From Antedon mediterranea (taxonomy: Eukaryota; Animalia; Echinodermata): a DNA stretch of 64,000 bases. Below the pieces are notes generated by a model. That model was not told the origin of the DNA and did no database searches. It saw only the letters and a list, made by a program, of their open reading frames with translations. The translations under genes were made by a program, and so were the position numbers. Numbering within the stretch: position 1 is the first letter of the stretch; the number at the start of each line of letters is the position of its first letter. Of this stretch, positions 51,017 to 63,890 are shown one piece after another. The stretch covers positions 11,256,948 through 11,320,947 of the forward strand of contig NC_092673.1 in the NCBI RefSeq assembly GCF_964355755.1. Reading direction: 5' to 3'.

Positions 51017-52637
51017 AACTAGAACTTAAACTCGTCACTTGAGGACGAGTTTGGTTATCCGCCAGCAACAAAGCGTATCTTGCGTATTCAAGTACTTCCA
51101 AGTTATGACTTTTCCAAAAAAAGTAGGCTATTCAAAATTAAAACTGCCCTCTCAGTGTAATAACCAACTAAACCCTTTTAATTAATTGTTTTCCCGTGAC
51201 GGGACTCGAACCCGGTACCTCTGATACCAAAGTCGGTTGCATTACACATCGAGCCATATGACCACCTGCTGACGAAAATCCGAAGAAAGAGTCCTCGTTC
51301 ATTCGGTATGTCGTGAACCCCCTCGATGCAAGTTGATTATTACATATCAAACTTAAATCATAAATTTTACTATGATGAAATCTTCAAAAATTTTAAACGC
51401 TGATATTTTATGAAAGTACATACTTTCAAGTTTGATATATTAACATGTAAAGAAAAAAGATAAATGTTATGTTTATTGTTTTGCTCTTTGAATAAGTTTA
51501 TGTTTGTTTGATGATAAATATTTCAAAAATTATATTTAATATGCAAATAATGTAGCCATCAAACACGTTTTAGCATTCAACACTATAATAAATCAGACCT
51601 ATGATTCATACACTGCAAGTAATTAAAATAAAAAATGGGGGTAACCTTGCATTCTGATGAACTGTGTCATTTTTAAAAGTAGACATATTTTGGAACATTT
51701 TCACAATTTGTTGACGTTTTCGTGCGCAACCTGTCATGTTTAACGTGCTCGTAGAACGCCATTTCAAGTTGAAAAGTGAATAAAATAACGTAAAATTGTT
51801 AACAGAAGATTTAAAAACACAAATCGTGTAAAAGAAATGCTCATACCTGTTCCCTGCGCCGTGCGCGCGTAAAAATGTGCGCACCAGTGGCAATTTTTTA
51901 AACGCTTAAAATGACCTGAATCGTGCTCTAATTTAATCAGAAATTGATTTGAAGCATTTTAAAATTTCAAACGCCATTTACGCGCGCACTTTCTAATGTT
52001 ACAAATTGCGATAGCGTTAAAAAAGTTAACTATTGATGTGAAGCAAACGTGGCTGAAAATGACGTTAAAAAATATTCATTTGTTTCGAAGTTATAATCAA
52101 TTTAAGATTTTCAGAAAATCACGCGTAACTTACGCTAAGCGGCTCTGACATCGTCAAAAAGCTTGGCTGGACAACTTCAGTAAAATGTCTATATGTTGAA
52201 CAAGTTACAAAATGTTATGTTAACGCGTTACAGAGAAACAGCGTGCACAAATTAGGAGCATTTTAAAATTTCAAACGCAGTTTACGCGCAGACTTTCTAG
52301 TGTTCAAAAATTTGCTGAAGAGCGAAAAAGTTAGCCATTGATGTGAAGAAAACGTGGCTGAAAATTTCGTTAAAAAATATTTATCGGTTTCGAAGTTATG
52401 ACCGATTTAAGATTTTCAGAAAATCGCGCGTAACTTACGCTACGCGGATCTGACATTGTCAAAAAGCTTCGCAGTACATCTTCAGTTAATTGTCTATATG
52501 TTGACCAAGTTACAAAATGTTATGTTAACACGTTCAAGAGAAAACGCGTACACAAAATCTGAGAAAGAAAGAAGAATAATAAAAAAAAAAAGTAACACTA
52601 CAATAACAAAGGTTATCCGCTTGAGGCGGATAACCAA
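51017..52637 (-). mobile_element. Helentron family C copy C1
   Basis: aaCTAG, hairpin aaactcgtc-acttgag-gacgagttt, sub-TIR ttggttatccgc, far end ggttatccgc-ttgag-gcggataaccaa. Confidence 0.85.
51192..51263 (-). other. tRNA-derived Pol III module in family C (also at 59167-59238)
   Basis: ggtcataTGGCTCGATGTGtaatgcaaccgactttggtatcagaggtaccgGGTTCGAGTCCcgtcacggga: A-box-like, perfect B box, and T-stem-like pairing. Confidence 0.7.
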
Positions 52638-52704
52638 TAAATAAATAAATAAATAAAGATTTTGACAGAATCAAGAGGTTATATGCATATCATGCATATA
52701 ACCT

Positions 52705-54274
52705 AACTAGACATGTAACTCGTCACTTTGACGAGTTTGGTTATCCGCCGCGCAAGTGGTGCAACATTAACATTAAGGGGATAGGTTGAGGACAAAAGGA
52801 AGTGTTCACGTTGGCATTATGACCTGAACTGAAGAATATGATATGTTGTTATTGCTGAATTTTATTATTTAAATTCATATATAGTATATACACAGTATAT
52901 AATCTGTATCCATATCACATACAGTGTAGAATAGGTGAAATTACGGGACCCGCTATTTATTGCAATTTTTAACATGTTGACGGTTTTAAAATGAAACGCG
53001 AAAGTAGCAATTCCGAAAGGAAATTATCTCAGCAACAACGTATTAGCGTGTAGAAGAAATTTGAATACGTGAAATATTGATGCGCGCTCTTTTAAATGTA
53101 ATGAATTATGACGCAAAAGATGAAAATACGACCTTTTTTATTTAACTGGCCATATGATGACGTCACAACATCCGATTTGCAACATTTTTACATAATTTCG
53201 TATCTACAATCCAATAGCTTCCAGAAAAAATTTTAATCGTGATTATCACATTTTATTCTTACGAGCTATAACAGATTAAAATTTACTGTAAAGATGAAAT
53301 TAATGCCACACGTGATTTAAATTTTTAGGCATGATGACGTTAAAAAAATTAAAATATTTTTAACTCATGCGAAAGATACTTGATTGACCTAGACAAAATC
53401 AAAATCGGGGTGAAAATGGAAAACGGATAAGTGGAGATGCGCTCTATTCAATGTGATGAGCTATGACGAAAGATACAAAAATCCTAAATTTTATATTCGC
53501 ATGGCCATACGATGACGTCATAATGTCCGGTTAGCCATATTAATACCTGATCCGATATCTACAACTCATCTACTTCCAGAATATGCCATCCACAAAAAGT
53601 TGACCGTCTAGTTTAGAAATTACGACTGTTTAAAAAAAGGCATATTTTAAACGAATTTTTTAACCTTTTCATAAAAAACGCGCGCAAATTGTCCAATTCG
53701 ACGTGCTCGTATGACGTATCTTTAAGTCGAAATTGTTTAAAATTTGGTAAAATTACTAGAAAAGGCTGGAAAAATATAAATCACGCGAAAAAAGTACGTT
53801 TTCAATACTACGTGCGCACCGCACACGTAAAAATGTGCGCACGCGTGGGAATTTTTGACATGCTTAAAACGACATGAAACGCGTAGAAAGTTGATTATAA
53901 ATTAATTTTGCGCATTTTGAAATTTTAAATGCGCGTGCGCGCGTAACTTTGTGTAAAACACGCAATTTTTTTTCAACAGAAAGTTAGCGCATGATATAAA
54001 TTAAACTTTTGCAAAGTTTCAAGTTGAAATGTTATTTGGTTGTCGAGCTATGTTAAATACGACAAAATCGTTAAATCGCGCGTAAGTCACGTTGCGCAAT
54101 TGTAAACGTCATGAAAAGCTTCGCTTGACGACGTTACGTAAATGTCAATATGTTAAGATAGTTACCGAAATGTTATGTTTGCGAGTTTTAGAGAAAAGCG
54201 TTACACAAAAATCATACAGAATGATTTCGTACAATCACAAGAGGTTATCCTGCAACTTCGTTGCGGATAACCAA
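52705..54274 (-). mobile_element. Helentron family A copy A1
   Basis: aactagacatgtaactcgtcactttgacgagtttggttatccgc ... ggttatcctgcaacttcgttgcggataaccaa. Confidence 0.87.
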
Positions 54275-55797
54275 CTAGACATGTAACTCGTCACTTTGAC
54301 GAGTTTGGTAATCCGCCGCGCAAGTGGTGCAACATTAACATTAAGGGGATAGGTTGAGGACAAAAGGAAGTGTTCACGTTGGCATTATGACCTGAACTGA
54401 AGAATATGATATGTTGTTATTGCTGAATTTTATCTATATATAAATTCATATATAGTATACACAGTATAATCTGTATCCATATCACATACAGTGTAGAATA
54501 TGTGAACTTACGGGACCCGCTATTTATTGCAATTTTTAACATGTTGACGGTTTTAAAATGAAACGGGAAGGTAGCAATTCCGAAAGGAAATTATCTCAGC
54601 CACAACGTATTAGCGTGTAGAAGAAATTTGAATACGTGAAATATTGATGCGCGCTCTTTTAAATGTAATGAATTATGACGCAAAAGATGAAAATACGACC
54701 TTTTTTATTTAACTGGCCATATGATGACGTCACAACATCCGATTGGCAACATTTTTACATAATTTCGTATCTACAATCCAATAGCTTTCAGAAAAAGTTT
54801 TAATCGTGATTATCAAATTTTATTCTTACGAGCTATAACAGATTAAAATTTACTGTAAAGATGAAATTGATGCCACACGTGATTTAAATTTTTAGGCATG
54901 ATGACGTCAAAAAAATTAAAATATTTTTAACTCATGCGAAAGATAGTTGATTGACCTATACAATATCAAAATCGGGGTGAAAATGGAAAACGGATAAGTG
55001 GAGATGCGCTCTATTCAATGTGATGAGCTATGACGAAAGATACAAAAATCCTAAATTTTATATTCGCGTGGCCATACGATGACGTCACAATGTCCGGTTA
55101 GCCATATTAATACCTGATCCGATATCTACAACTCATCTACTTCTAGAAAATGTCATCCACAAAAATTTGACCGTCTAGTTTAGAAATTACGACTGTTTAA
55201 AAAAAGTCATATTTTAAACGAATTTTTTAACCTTTTCATAAAAAACGCGCGCAAATTGGCCAATTCGACGTGCTCGTATGACGTATCTTTAAGTCAAAAT
55301 TGTTTAAAATTTGGTAAAATTACTAGAAAAGGCTGAAAAAACATAAATCACGCGAAAAAATTACGTTTTCAATTCTACGTGCGCACCGCACACGTAAAAA
55401 TGTGCGCACGCCTGGGAATTTTTGACATGCTTAAAACGACATGAAACGCGTAGAAAGTTGATTATAAATTAATTTTGCGCATTTTGAAATTTTAAATGCG
55501 CGTGCACGCGTAACTTTGTGTATAACACGCAATTTTTTTTCAACAGAAAGTTAGCGCATGATATAAATTAAACTTTTGCAAAGTTTCAAGTTGAAATGGT
55601 ATTTGGTTGTCGAGCTATGTTAAATACGACAAAATCGTTAAATCGCGCGTAAGTCACGTTGCGCAATTGTAAACGTCATGAAAAGCTTCGCTTGACGACG
55701 TTACGTAAATGTCAATATGTTAAGATAGTTACCAAAATGTTATGTTTGCGAGTTTTGGAGAAAAGCGTTACACAAAAATCATACAGAAAGAAAGAAG

Positions 55798-57402
55798 AAC
55801 TAGACATGTAACTCGTCACTTTGACGAGTTTGGTTATCCGCCGCGCAAGTGGTGCAACATTAACATTAAGGGGATAGGTTGAGGACAAAAGGAACTGTTC
55901 ACGTTGGCATTATGACCTGAACTGAAGAATATGATATGTTGTTATTGCTGAATTTTATTATTTAAATTCATATATAGTATACACAGTATAATCTGTATCC
56001 ATATCACATACAGTGTAGAATAGGTGAAATTACGGACCCGCTATTTATTGCAATTTTTAACATGTTGACGGTTTTAAAATGAAACGCGAAGGTAGCAATT
56101 CCGAAAGGAAATTATCTCAGCAACAACGTATTAGCGTGTAGAAGAAATTTGAATACGTGAAATATTGATGCGCGCTCTTTTAAATGTAATGAATTATGAC
56201 GCAAAAGATGAAAATACGACCTTTTTTATTTAACTGGCCATATGATGACGTCACAACATCCGATTGGCAACATTTTTACATAATTTCGTATCTACAATCC
56301 AATAGCTTCCAGAAAAAGTTTTAATCGTGATTATCACATTTTATTCTTACGAGCTATAACAGATTAAAATTTACTGTAAAGATGAAATTGATGCCACACG
56401 TGATATAAATTTTTAGGCATGATGACGTCAAAAAAATTAAAATATTTTTAACTCATGCGAAAGATAGTTGATTGACCTAGACAATATCAAAATCGGGGTG
56501 AAAATGGAAAACGGATAAGTGGAGATGCGCTCTATTCAATGTGATGAGCTATGACGAAAGATACAAAAATCCTAAATTTTATATTCGCGTGGCCATACGA
56601 TGACGTCACAATGTCCGGTTAGCCATATTAATACCTGATCCGATATCTACAACTCATCTACTTCCAGAATATGTCATCCACAAAAATTTGACCGTCTAGT
56701 TTAGAAGTTACGACTGTTTAAAAAAAGGCATATTTTAAACGAATTTTTTAACCTTTTCCTAAAAAACGCGCGCAAATTTTCCAATTCGACGTGCTCGTAT
56801 GACGTATCTTTAAGTCGAAATTGTTTAAAATTTGGTAAAATTACTAGAAAAGGCTGGAAAAATATAAATCACAAAAAAAAAATACGTTTTCAATGCTACG
56901 TGCGCACCGCACACGTAAAAATGTGCGCACGCGTGGGAATTTTTGACATGCTTAAAACGACATGAAAAGCGTAGAAAGTTGATTATAAATTAATTTTGCG
57001 CATTTTGAAATTTTAAATGTGCGTGCGCGCGTAACTTTGTGTAAAACACGCAATTTTGTTTCAACAGAAATTTAGCGCATGATATAAATTAAACTTTTGC
57101 AAAGTTTCACTTTAAAATGTTATTTGGTTTTCGACATATGTTAAATACGATAAAATCGTTAAATCGCGCGTACGTCACGTTGCGCAATTGTAAACATCAT
57201 GAAAAGCTTCGCTTGACGACGTTACATAAATGTCAAAATGTTAACATAGTTAACAAAATGTTATGTTTGCGAGTTTTAGAGAAAAGCGTTACACAAAAAT
57301 CATACAGAAAGAAAGAAGAAGAATAAAAAGTTGATGATGATGATGATGATGATTTCGTACAATCACAAGAGGTTATCCTGCAACTTCGTTGCGGATAACC
57401 AA
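55798..57402 (-). mobile_element. Helentron family A copy A3
   Basis: Both family A ends present. Confidence 0.87.
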
Positions 57403-58993
57403 CTAGACATGTAACTCGTCACTTTGACGAGTTTGGTTATCCGCCGCGCAAGTGGTGCAACATTAACATTAAGGGGATAGGTTGAGGACAAAAGGAAGTG
57501 TTCACGTTGGCATTATGACCTGAACTGAAGAATATGATATGTTGTTATTGCTGAATTTTATTATTTAAATTCATATATAGTATACACAGTCTAATCTGTA
57601 TCCATATCACATACAGTGTAGAATAGGTGAAATTACGGGACCCGCTATTTATTGCAATTTTTAACATGTTGACGGTTTTAAAATGAAACGCGAAGGTAGC
57701 AATTCCGAAAGGAAATTATCTCAGCAACAACGTATTAGCGTGTAGAAGAAATTTGAATACGTGAAATATTGATGCGCGCTCTTTTAAATGTAATGAATTA
57801 TGACGCAAAAGATGAAAATACGACCTTTTTCATTTAACTGGCCATATGATGACGTCACAACATCCAATTGGCAACATTTTTACATAATTTCGTATCTACA
57901 ATCCAATAGCTTCCAGAAAAAGTTTTAATCGTGATTATCACATTTTATTCTTACGAGCTATAACAGATTAAAATTTACTGTAAAGATGAAATTACTGCCA
58001 CACGTGATTTTAATTTTTAGGCATGATGACGTCAAAAAAATTAAAATATTTTTAACTCATGCGAAAGATAGTTGATTGACCTAGACAATGTCAAAATCGG
58101 GGTGAAAATTGAAAACGGATAAGTGGATATGCGCTCTATTCAATGTGATGAGCTATGACAAAAGATACAAAAATCCTAAATTTTATATTCGCGTGGCCAT
58201 ACGATGACGTCACAATGTCCGGTTAGCCATATTAATACCTGATCCGATATCTACAACTCATCTACTTCCAGAATATCCCATCCACAAAAAGTTGACCGTC
58301 TAGTTTAGAAATTACGATTGTTTAAAAAAAGGCATTTTTTAAACGAATTTTTTAACCTTTTCATAAAAACGCGCGCAAATTGTCCAATTCGACGTGCTCG
58401 TATGACGTATCTTTAAGTCGAAATTGTTTAAAATTTGGTAAAATTACTAGAAAAGGCTGGAAAAACATAAATCACGCGAAAAAAATACGTTTTCAATGCT
58501 ACGTGCGCACCGCACACGTAAAAATGTGCGCACGTGTGGGAATTTTTGACATGCTTAAAACGACATGAAACGCGTAGAAAGTTGATTATAAATTAATTTT
58601 GCGCATTTTGAAATTTTAAATGCGCGTGCGCGCGTAACTTTGTGTAAAACACGCAATTTTTTTTCAACAGAAAGTTAGCGCATAATATAAATTAAACTTT
58701 TGCAAAGTTTCACTTTAAAATGTTATTTGGTTTTCGACATATGTTAAATACGAGAAAATCGTTAAATCGCGCGTACGTCACGTTGCGCGATTGTAAACAT
58801 CATGAAAAGCTTCGCTTGACGACGTTACATAAATGTCTAAATGTTAACATAGTTAACAAAATGTTATGTTTGCAAGTTTTAGAGAAAAGCGTTACACAAA
58901 AATCATACAGAAAGAAAGAAGATTAAGAAAAAGATGATGATGATTTCGTACAATCACAAGAGGTTATCCTGCAACTTCGTTGCGGATAACCAA
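57401..58993 (-). mobile_element. Helentron family A copy A4
   Basis: Both family A ends present; head-to-tail with A3. Confidence 0.87.
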
Positions 58994-60612
58994 CTAGAAC
59001 TTAAACTCGTCACTTGAGGACGAGTTTGGTTATCCGCCAGCAACAAAGCGTATCTTGCGTATTCAAGTACTTCCAAGTTATGACTTTTCCAAAAAAAGTA
59101 GGCTATTCAAAATTAAAACTGCCCTCTCAGTGTAATAACCAACTAAACCCTTTTAATTAATTGTTTTCCCGTGACGGGACTCGAACCCGGTACCTCTGAT
59201 ACCAAAGTCGGTTGCATTACACATCGAGCCATATGACCACCTGCTGACGAAAATCCGAAGAAAGAGTCCTCGTTCATTCGGTATGTCGTGAACCCCCTCG
59301 ATGCAAGTTGATTATTACATATCAAACTTAAATCATAAATTTTACTATGATGAAATCTTCACAAATTTTAAACGCTGATATTTTATGAAAGTACATACTT
59401 TCAAGTTTTATATATTAACATGTAAAGAAAAAAGATAAATGTTATGTTTATTGTTTTGCTCTTTGAATAAGTTTATGTTTGTTTGATGATAAATATTTCA
59501 AAAATTATATTTAATATGCAAATAATGTAGCCATCAAACACGTTTTAGCATTCAACACTATAATAAATCAGACCTATGATTCATACACTGCAAGAAATTA
59601 AAATAAAAAATGGGGGTAACCTTGCATTCTGATGAACTGTGTCATTTTTAAAAGTAGACATATTTTGGAACATTTTCACAATTTGTTGACGTTTTCGTGC
59701 GCAACCTGTCATGTTTAACGTGCTCGTAGAACGCCATTTCAAGTTGAAAAGTGAATAAAATAACGTAAAATTGTTAACAGAAGATTTAAAAACACAAATC
59801 GTGTAAAAGAAATGCTCATACCTGTTCCCTGCGCCGTGCGCGCGTAAAAATGTGCGCACCAGTGGCAATTTTTTAAACGCTTAAAATGACCTGAATCGTG
59901 CTCTAATTTAATCAGAAATTGATTTGAAGCATTTTAAAATTTCAAACGCCATTTACGCGCGCACTTTCTAATGTTACAAATTGCGATAGCGTTAAAAAAG
60001 TTAACTATTGATGTGAAGCAAACGTGGCTGAAAATGACGTTAAAAAATATTCATTTGTTTCGAAGTTATAACCAATTTAAGATTTTCAGAAAATCACGCG
60101 TAACTTACGCTACGCGGCTCTGACATCGTCAAAAAGCTTGGCTGGACAACTTCAGTAAAATGTCTATATGTTGAACAAGTTACAAAATGTTATGTTAACG
60201 CGTTACAGAGAAACAGCGTGCACAAATTAGGAGCATTTTAAAATTTCAAACGCAGTTTACGCGCAGACTTTCTAGAGTTCAAAAATTTGCTGAAGAGCGA
60301 AAAAGTTAGCCATTGATGTGAAGAAAACGTGGCTGAAAATTTCGTTAAAAAATATTTATCGGTTTCGAAGTTATGACCGATTTAAGATTTTCAGAAAATC
60401 GCGCGTAACTTACGCTACGCGGATCTGACATTGTCAAAAAGCTTCGCAGTACATCTTCAGTTAATTGTCTATATGTTGACCAAGTTACAAAATGTTATGT
60501 TAACACGTTCAAGAGAAAACGCGTACACAAAATCTGAGAAAGAAAGAAGAATAATAAAAAAAAAAAGTAACACTACAATAACAAAGGTTATCCGCTTGAG
60601 GCGGATAACCAA
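58992..60612 (-). mobile_element. Helentron family C copy C2
   Basis: Near-identical to C1. Confidence 0.87.
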
Positions 60613-62221
60613 CTAGACATGTAACTCGTCACTTTGACGAGTTTGGTTATCCGCAGCGCAAGTGGTGCAACATTAACTTAAGGGGATAGGTTGAGGACAA
60701 AAGGAAGTGTTCACGTCGGCATTATGACCTGAACTGAAGAATATGATATGTTGTTATTGCTGAATTTTATTATTTATATTCATATATAGTATACACAGTA
60801 TAACCTGTATCCATATCACATACAGTGTAGAATAGGTGAAATTACGGGACCCGCTATTTATTGCAATTTTTAACATGTTGACGGTTTTAAAATGAAACGC
60901 GAAGGTAGCAATTCCGAAAGGAAATTATCTCAGCAACAACGTATTAGCGTGTAGAAGAAATTTGAATACGTGAAATATTGATGCGCGCTCTTTTAAATGT
61001 AATGAATTATGACGCAAAAGATGAAAATACGACCTTTTTCATTTAACTGGCCATATGATGACGTCACAACATCCGATTGGCAACATTTTTACATAATTTC
61101 GTATCTACAATCCAATAGCTTACAGAAAAAGTTTTAATCGTGATTATCACATTTTATTCTTACGAGCTATAACAGATTAAAATTTTCTGTAAAGATGAAA
61201 TTGATGCCACACGTGATTTAAATTTTTAGGCATGATGACGTCAAAAAAATTAAAATATTTTTAACTCATGCGAAAGATAGTTGATTGACCTAGACAATAT
61301 CAAAATCGGGGTGAAAATGGAAAACGGATAAGTGGAAATGCGCTCTATTCAATGTGATGAGCTATGACGAAAGATACAAAAATACTAAATTTTATATTCG
61401 CGTGGCCATACGATGACGTCACAATGTCCGGTTAGCCATATTAATACCTGATCCGATATCTACAACTCATCTACTTCCAGAATATGTCATCCACAAAAAT
61501 TTGACCGTCTAGTTTAGAAATTACGACTGTTTAAAAAAAGGCATATTTTAAACGAATTTTTTAACCTTTTCATAAAAAACGCGCGCAAATTGTCCAATTC
61601 GACGTGCTCGTATGACGTATCTTTAAGTCGAAATTGTTTAAAATTTGGTAAAATTACTAGAAAAGGCTGGAAAAACATAAATCACGCGAAAAAAATACGT
61701 TTTCAATGCTACGTGCGCACCGCACACGTAGAAATGTGCGCACGCGTGGGAATTTTTGACATGCTTAAAACGACATGAAACGCGTAGAAAGTTGATTATA
61801 AATAAATTTTGCGCATTTTGAAATTTTAAATGTGCGTGCGCGCGTAACTTTGTGTAAAACACGCAATTTTTTTTCAACAGAAATTTAGCGCATGATATAA
61901 ATTAAACTTTTTCAAAGTTTCACTTTAAAATGTTATTTGGTTTTCGACATATGTTAAATACGATAAAATCGTTAAATCGCGCGTACGTCACGTTGCGCAA
62001 TTGTAAACATCATGAAAAGCTTCGCTTGACGACGTTACATAAATGTCAAAATGTTAACATAGTTAACAAAATGTTATGTTTGCGAGTTTTAGAGAAAAGC
62101 GTTACACAAAAATCATACAGAAAGAAAGAAGAAGAATAAAAAGTTGATGATGATGATGATGATGATGATGATTTCGTACAATCACAAGAGGTTATCCTGC
62201 AACTTCGTTGCGGATAACCAA
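60611..62221 (-). mobile_element. Helentron family A copy A5
   Basis: Both family A ends present. Confidence 0.87.
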
Positions 62222-62286
62222 AAATAAAAAGATGATGATTTCGTACAATCACAAGAGGTTATCCTGCAACTTCGTTGCGGATAACC

Positions 62287-63890
62287 AACTAGACATGTAA
62301 CTCGTCACTTTGACGAGTTTGGTTATCCGCCGCGCAAGTGGTGCAACATTAACATTAAGGGGATAGGTTGAGGACAAAAGGAAGTGTTCACGTTGGCATT
62401 ATGACCTGAACTGAAGAATATGATATGTTGTTATTGCTGAATTTTATTATTTAAATTCATATATAGTATACACAGTATAATCTGTATCCATATCACATAC
62501 AGTGACATACAGTGTAGAATAGGTGAAATTACGGGACCCGCTATTTATTGCAATTTTTAACATGTTGACGGTTTTAAAATGAAACGCGAAGGTAGCAATT
62601 CCGAAAGGAAATTATCTCAGCAACAACGTATTAGCGTGTAGAAGAAATTTTAATACGTGAAATATTGATGAGCGCTCTTTTAAATGTAATGAATTATGAC
62701 GCAAAAGATGAAAATACGACCTTTTTTATTTAACTGGCCATATGATGACGTCACAACATCCGATGGGCAACATTTTTACATAATTTCGTATCTACAATCC
62801 AATAGCTTCCAGAAAAAGTTTTAATCGTGATTATCACATTTTATTCTTACGAGCTATAACAGATTAAAATTTACTGTAAAGATGAAATTGATGCCACACG
62901 TGATTTAAATTTTTAGGCATGATGACGTCAAAAAAATTAAAATATTTTTAACTCATGCAAAAGATAGTTGATTGACCTAGACAATATCAAAATCTGGGTG
63001 AAAATGGAAAACGAATAAGTGGAGATGCGCTCTATTCAATGTGATGAGCTATGACGAAAGATACAAAAATCCTAAATTTTATATTCGCGTGGCTATACGA
63101 TGACGTCACAATGTCCGGTTAGCCATATTAATACCTGATCCGATACCTACAACTCATCTACTTCCAGAATATGTCATCCACAAAAAGTTGACCGTCTAGT
63201 TTAGAAATTACGACTGTTTAAAAAAAGGCATATTTTAAACGAATTTTTTAACCTTTTCATTAAAAACGCGCGCAAATTGTCCAATTCGACGTGCTCGTAT
63301 GACGTATCTTTAAGTCGAAATTGTTTAAAATTTGGTAAAATTATTAGAAAAGGCTGGAAAAACATAAATCACGCGAAAAAAATACGTTTTCAATGCTACG
63401 TGCGCACCGCACACGTAAAAATGTGCGCACGCGTGGGAATTTTTGACATGCTTAAAACGACATGAAACGCGTAGAAAGTTGATTATAAATTAATTTTGCG
63501 CATTTTGAATATTTAAATGCGCGTGCGCGCGTAACTTTGTGTAAAACACGCAATTTTTTTTCAACAGAAAGTTAGCGCATGAAATAAATTAAACTTTTGC
63601 AAAGTTTCACTTTAAAATGTTATTTGGTTTTCGACATATGTTAAATACGAGAAAATCGTTAAATCGCGCGTACGTCACGTTGCGCAATTGTAAACATCAT
63701 GAAAAGCTTCGCTTGACGACGTTACATAAATGTCAAAATGTTAACATAGTTAACAAAATGTTATGTTTGCAAGTTTTAGAGAAAAGCGTTACACAAAAAT
63801 CATACAGAAAGAAAGAAGATTAAGAAAAAGATGTTGATGATTTCGTACAATCACAAGAGGTTATCCTGCAACTTCGTTGCGGATAACCAA
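62287..63890 (-). mobile_element. Helentron family A copy A6
   Basis: Both family A ends present; followed by the B1 remainder. Confidence 0.87.

Larger units (their letters stand above)
49602..52706 (-). mobile_element. Helentron family B copy B2 (49602-51016 plus 52638-52706)
   Basis: Same ends as B0 and B1; interrupted by C1 in the AAAT tract. Confidence 0.85.
54273..62288 (-). mobile_element. Helentron family A copy A2 (54273-55797 plus 62222-62288), hosting A3, A4, C2 and A5
   Basis: Body stops in the gaaagaaagaag tract at 55797. An otherwise orphan terminus at 62222-62288 supplies the missing end. Confidence 0.75.

Noticed and set aside
48459-63823. Recurrent short ORFs (MSNSTCSY..., MLFGFRHM..., MICNNQLA..., MCIIYTLR...)
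   Set aside because: They recur only because the elements are repeated. They are broken in sibling copies and show no recognisable domains. No Rep/helicase is encoded in the window.
52705-63890. Simple 1.6-kb satellite DNA or LTRs
   Set aside because: Units have transposon termini, mix three families, nest inside each other and have dispersed relatives at 24247 and 33163. There are no TG..CA ends, primer-binding site or TSD.
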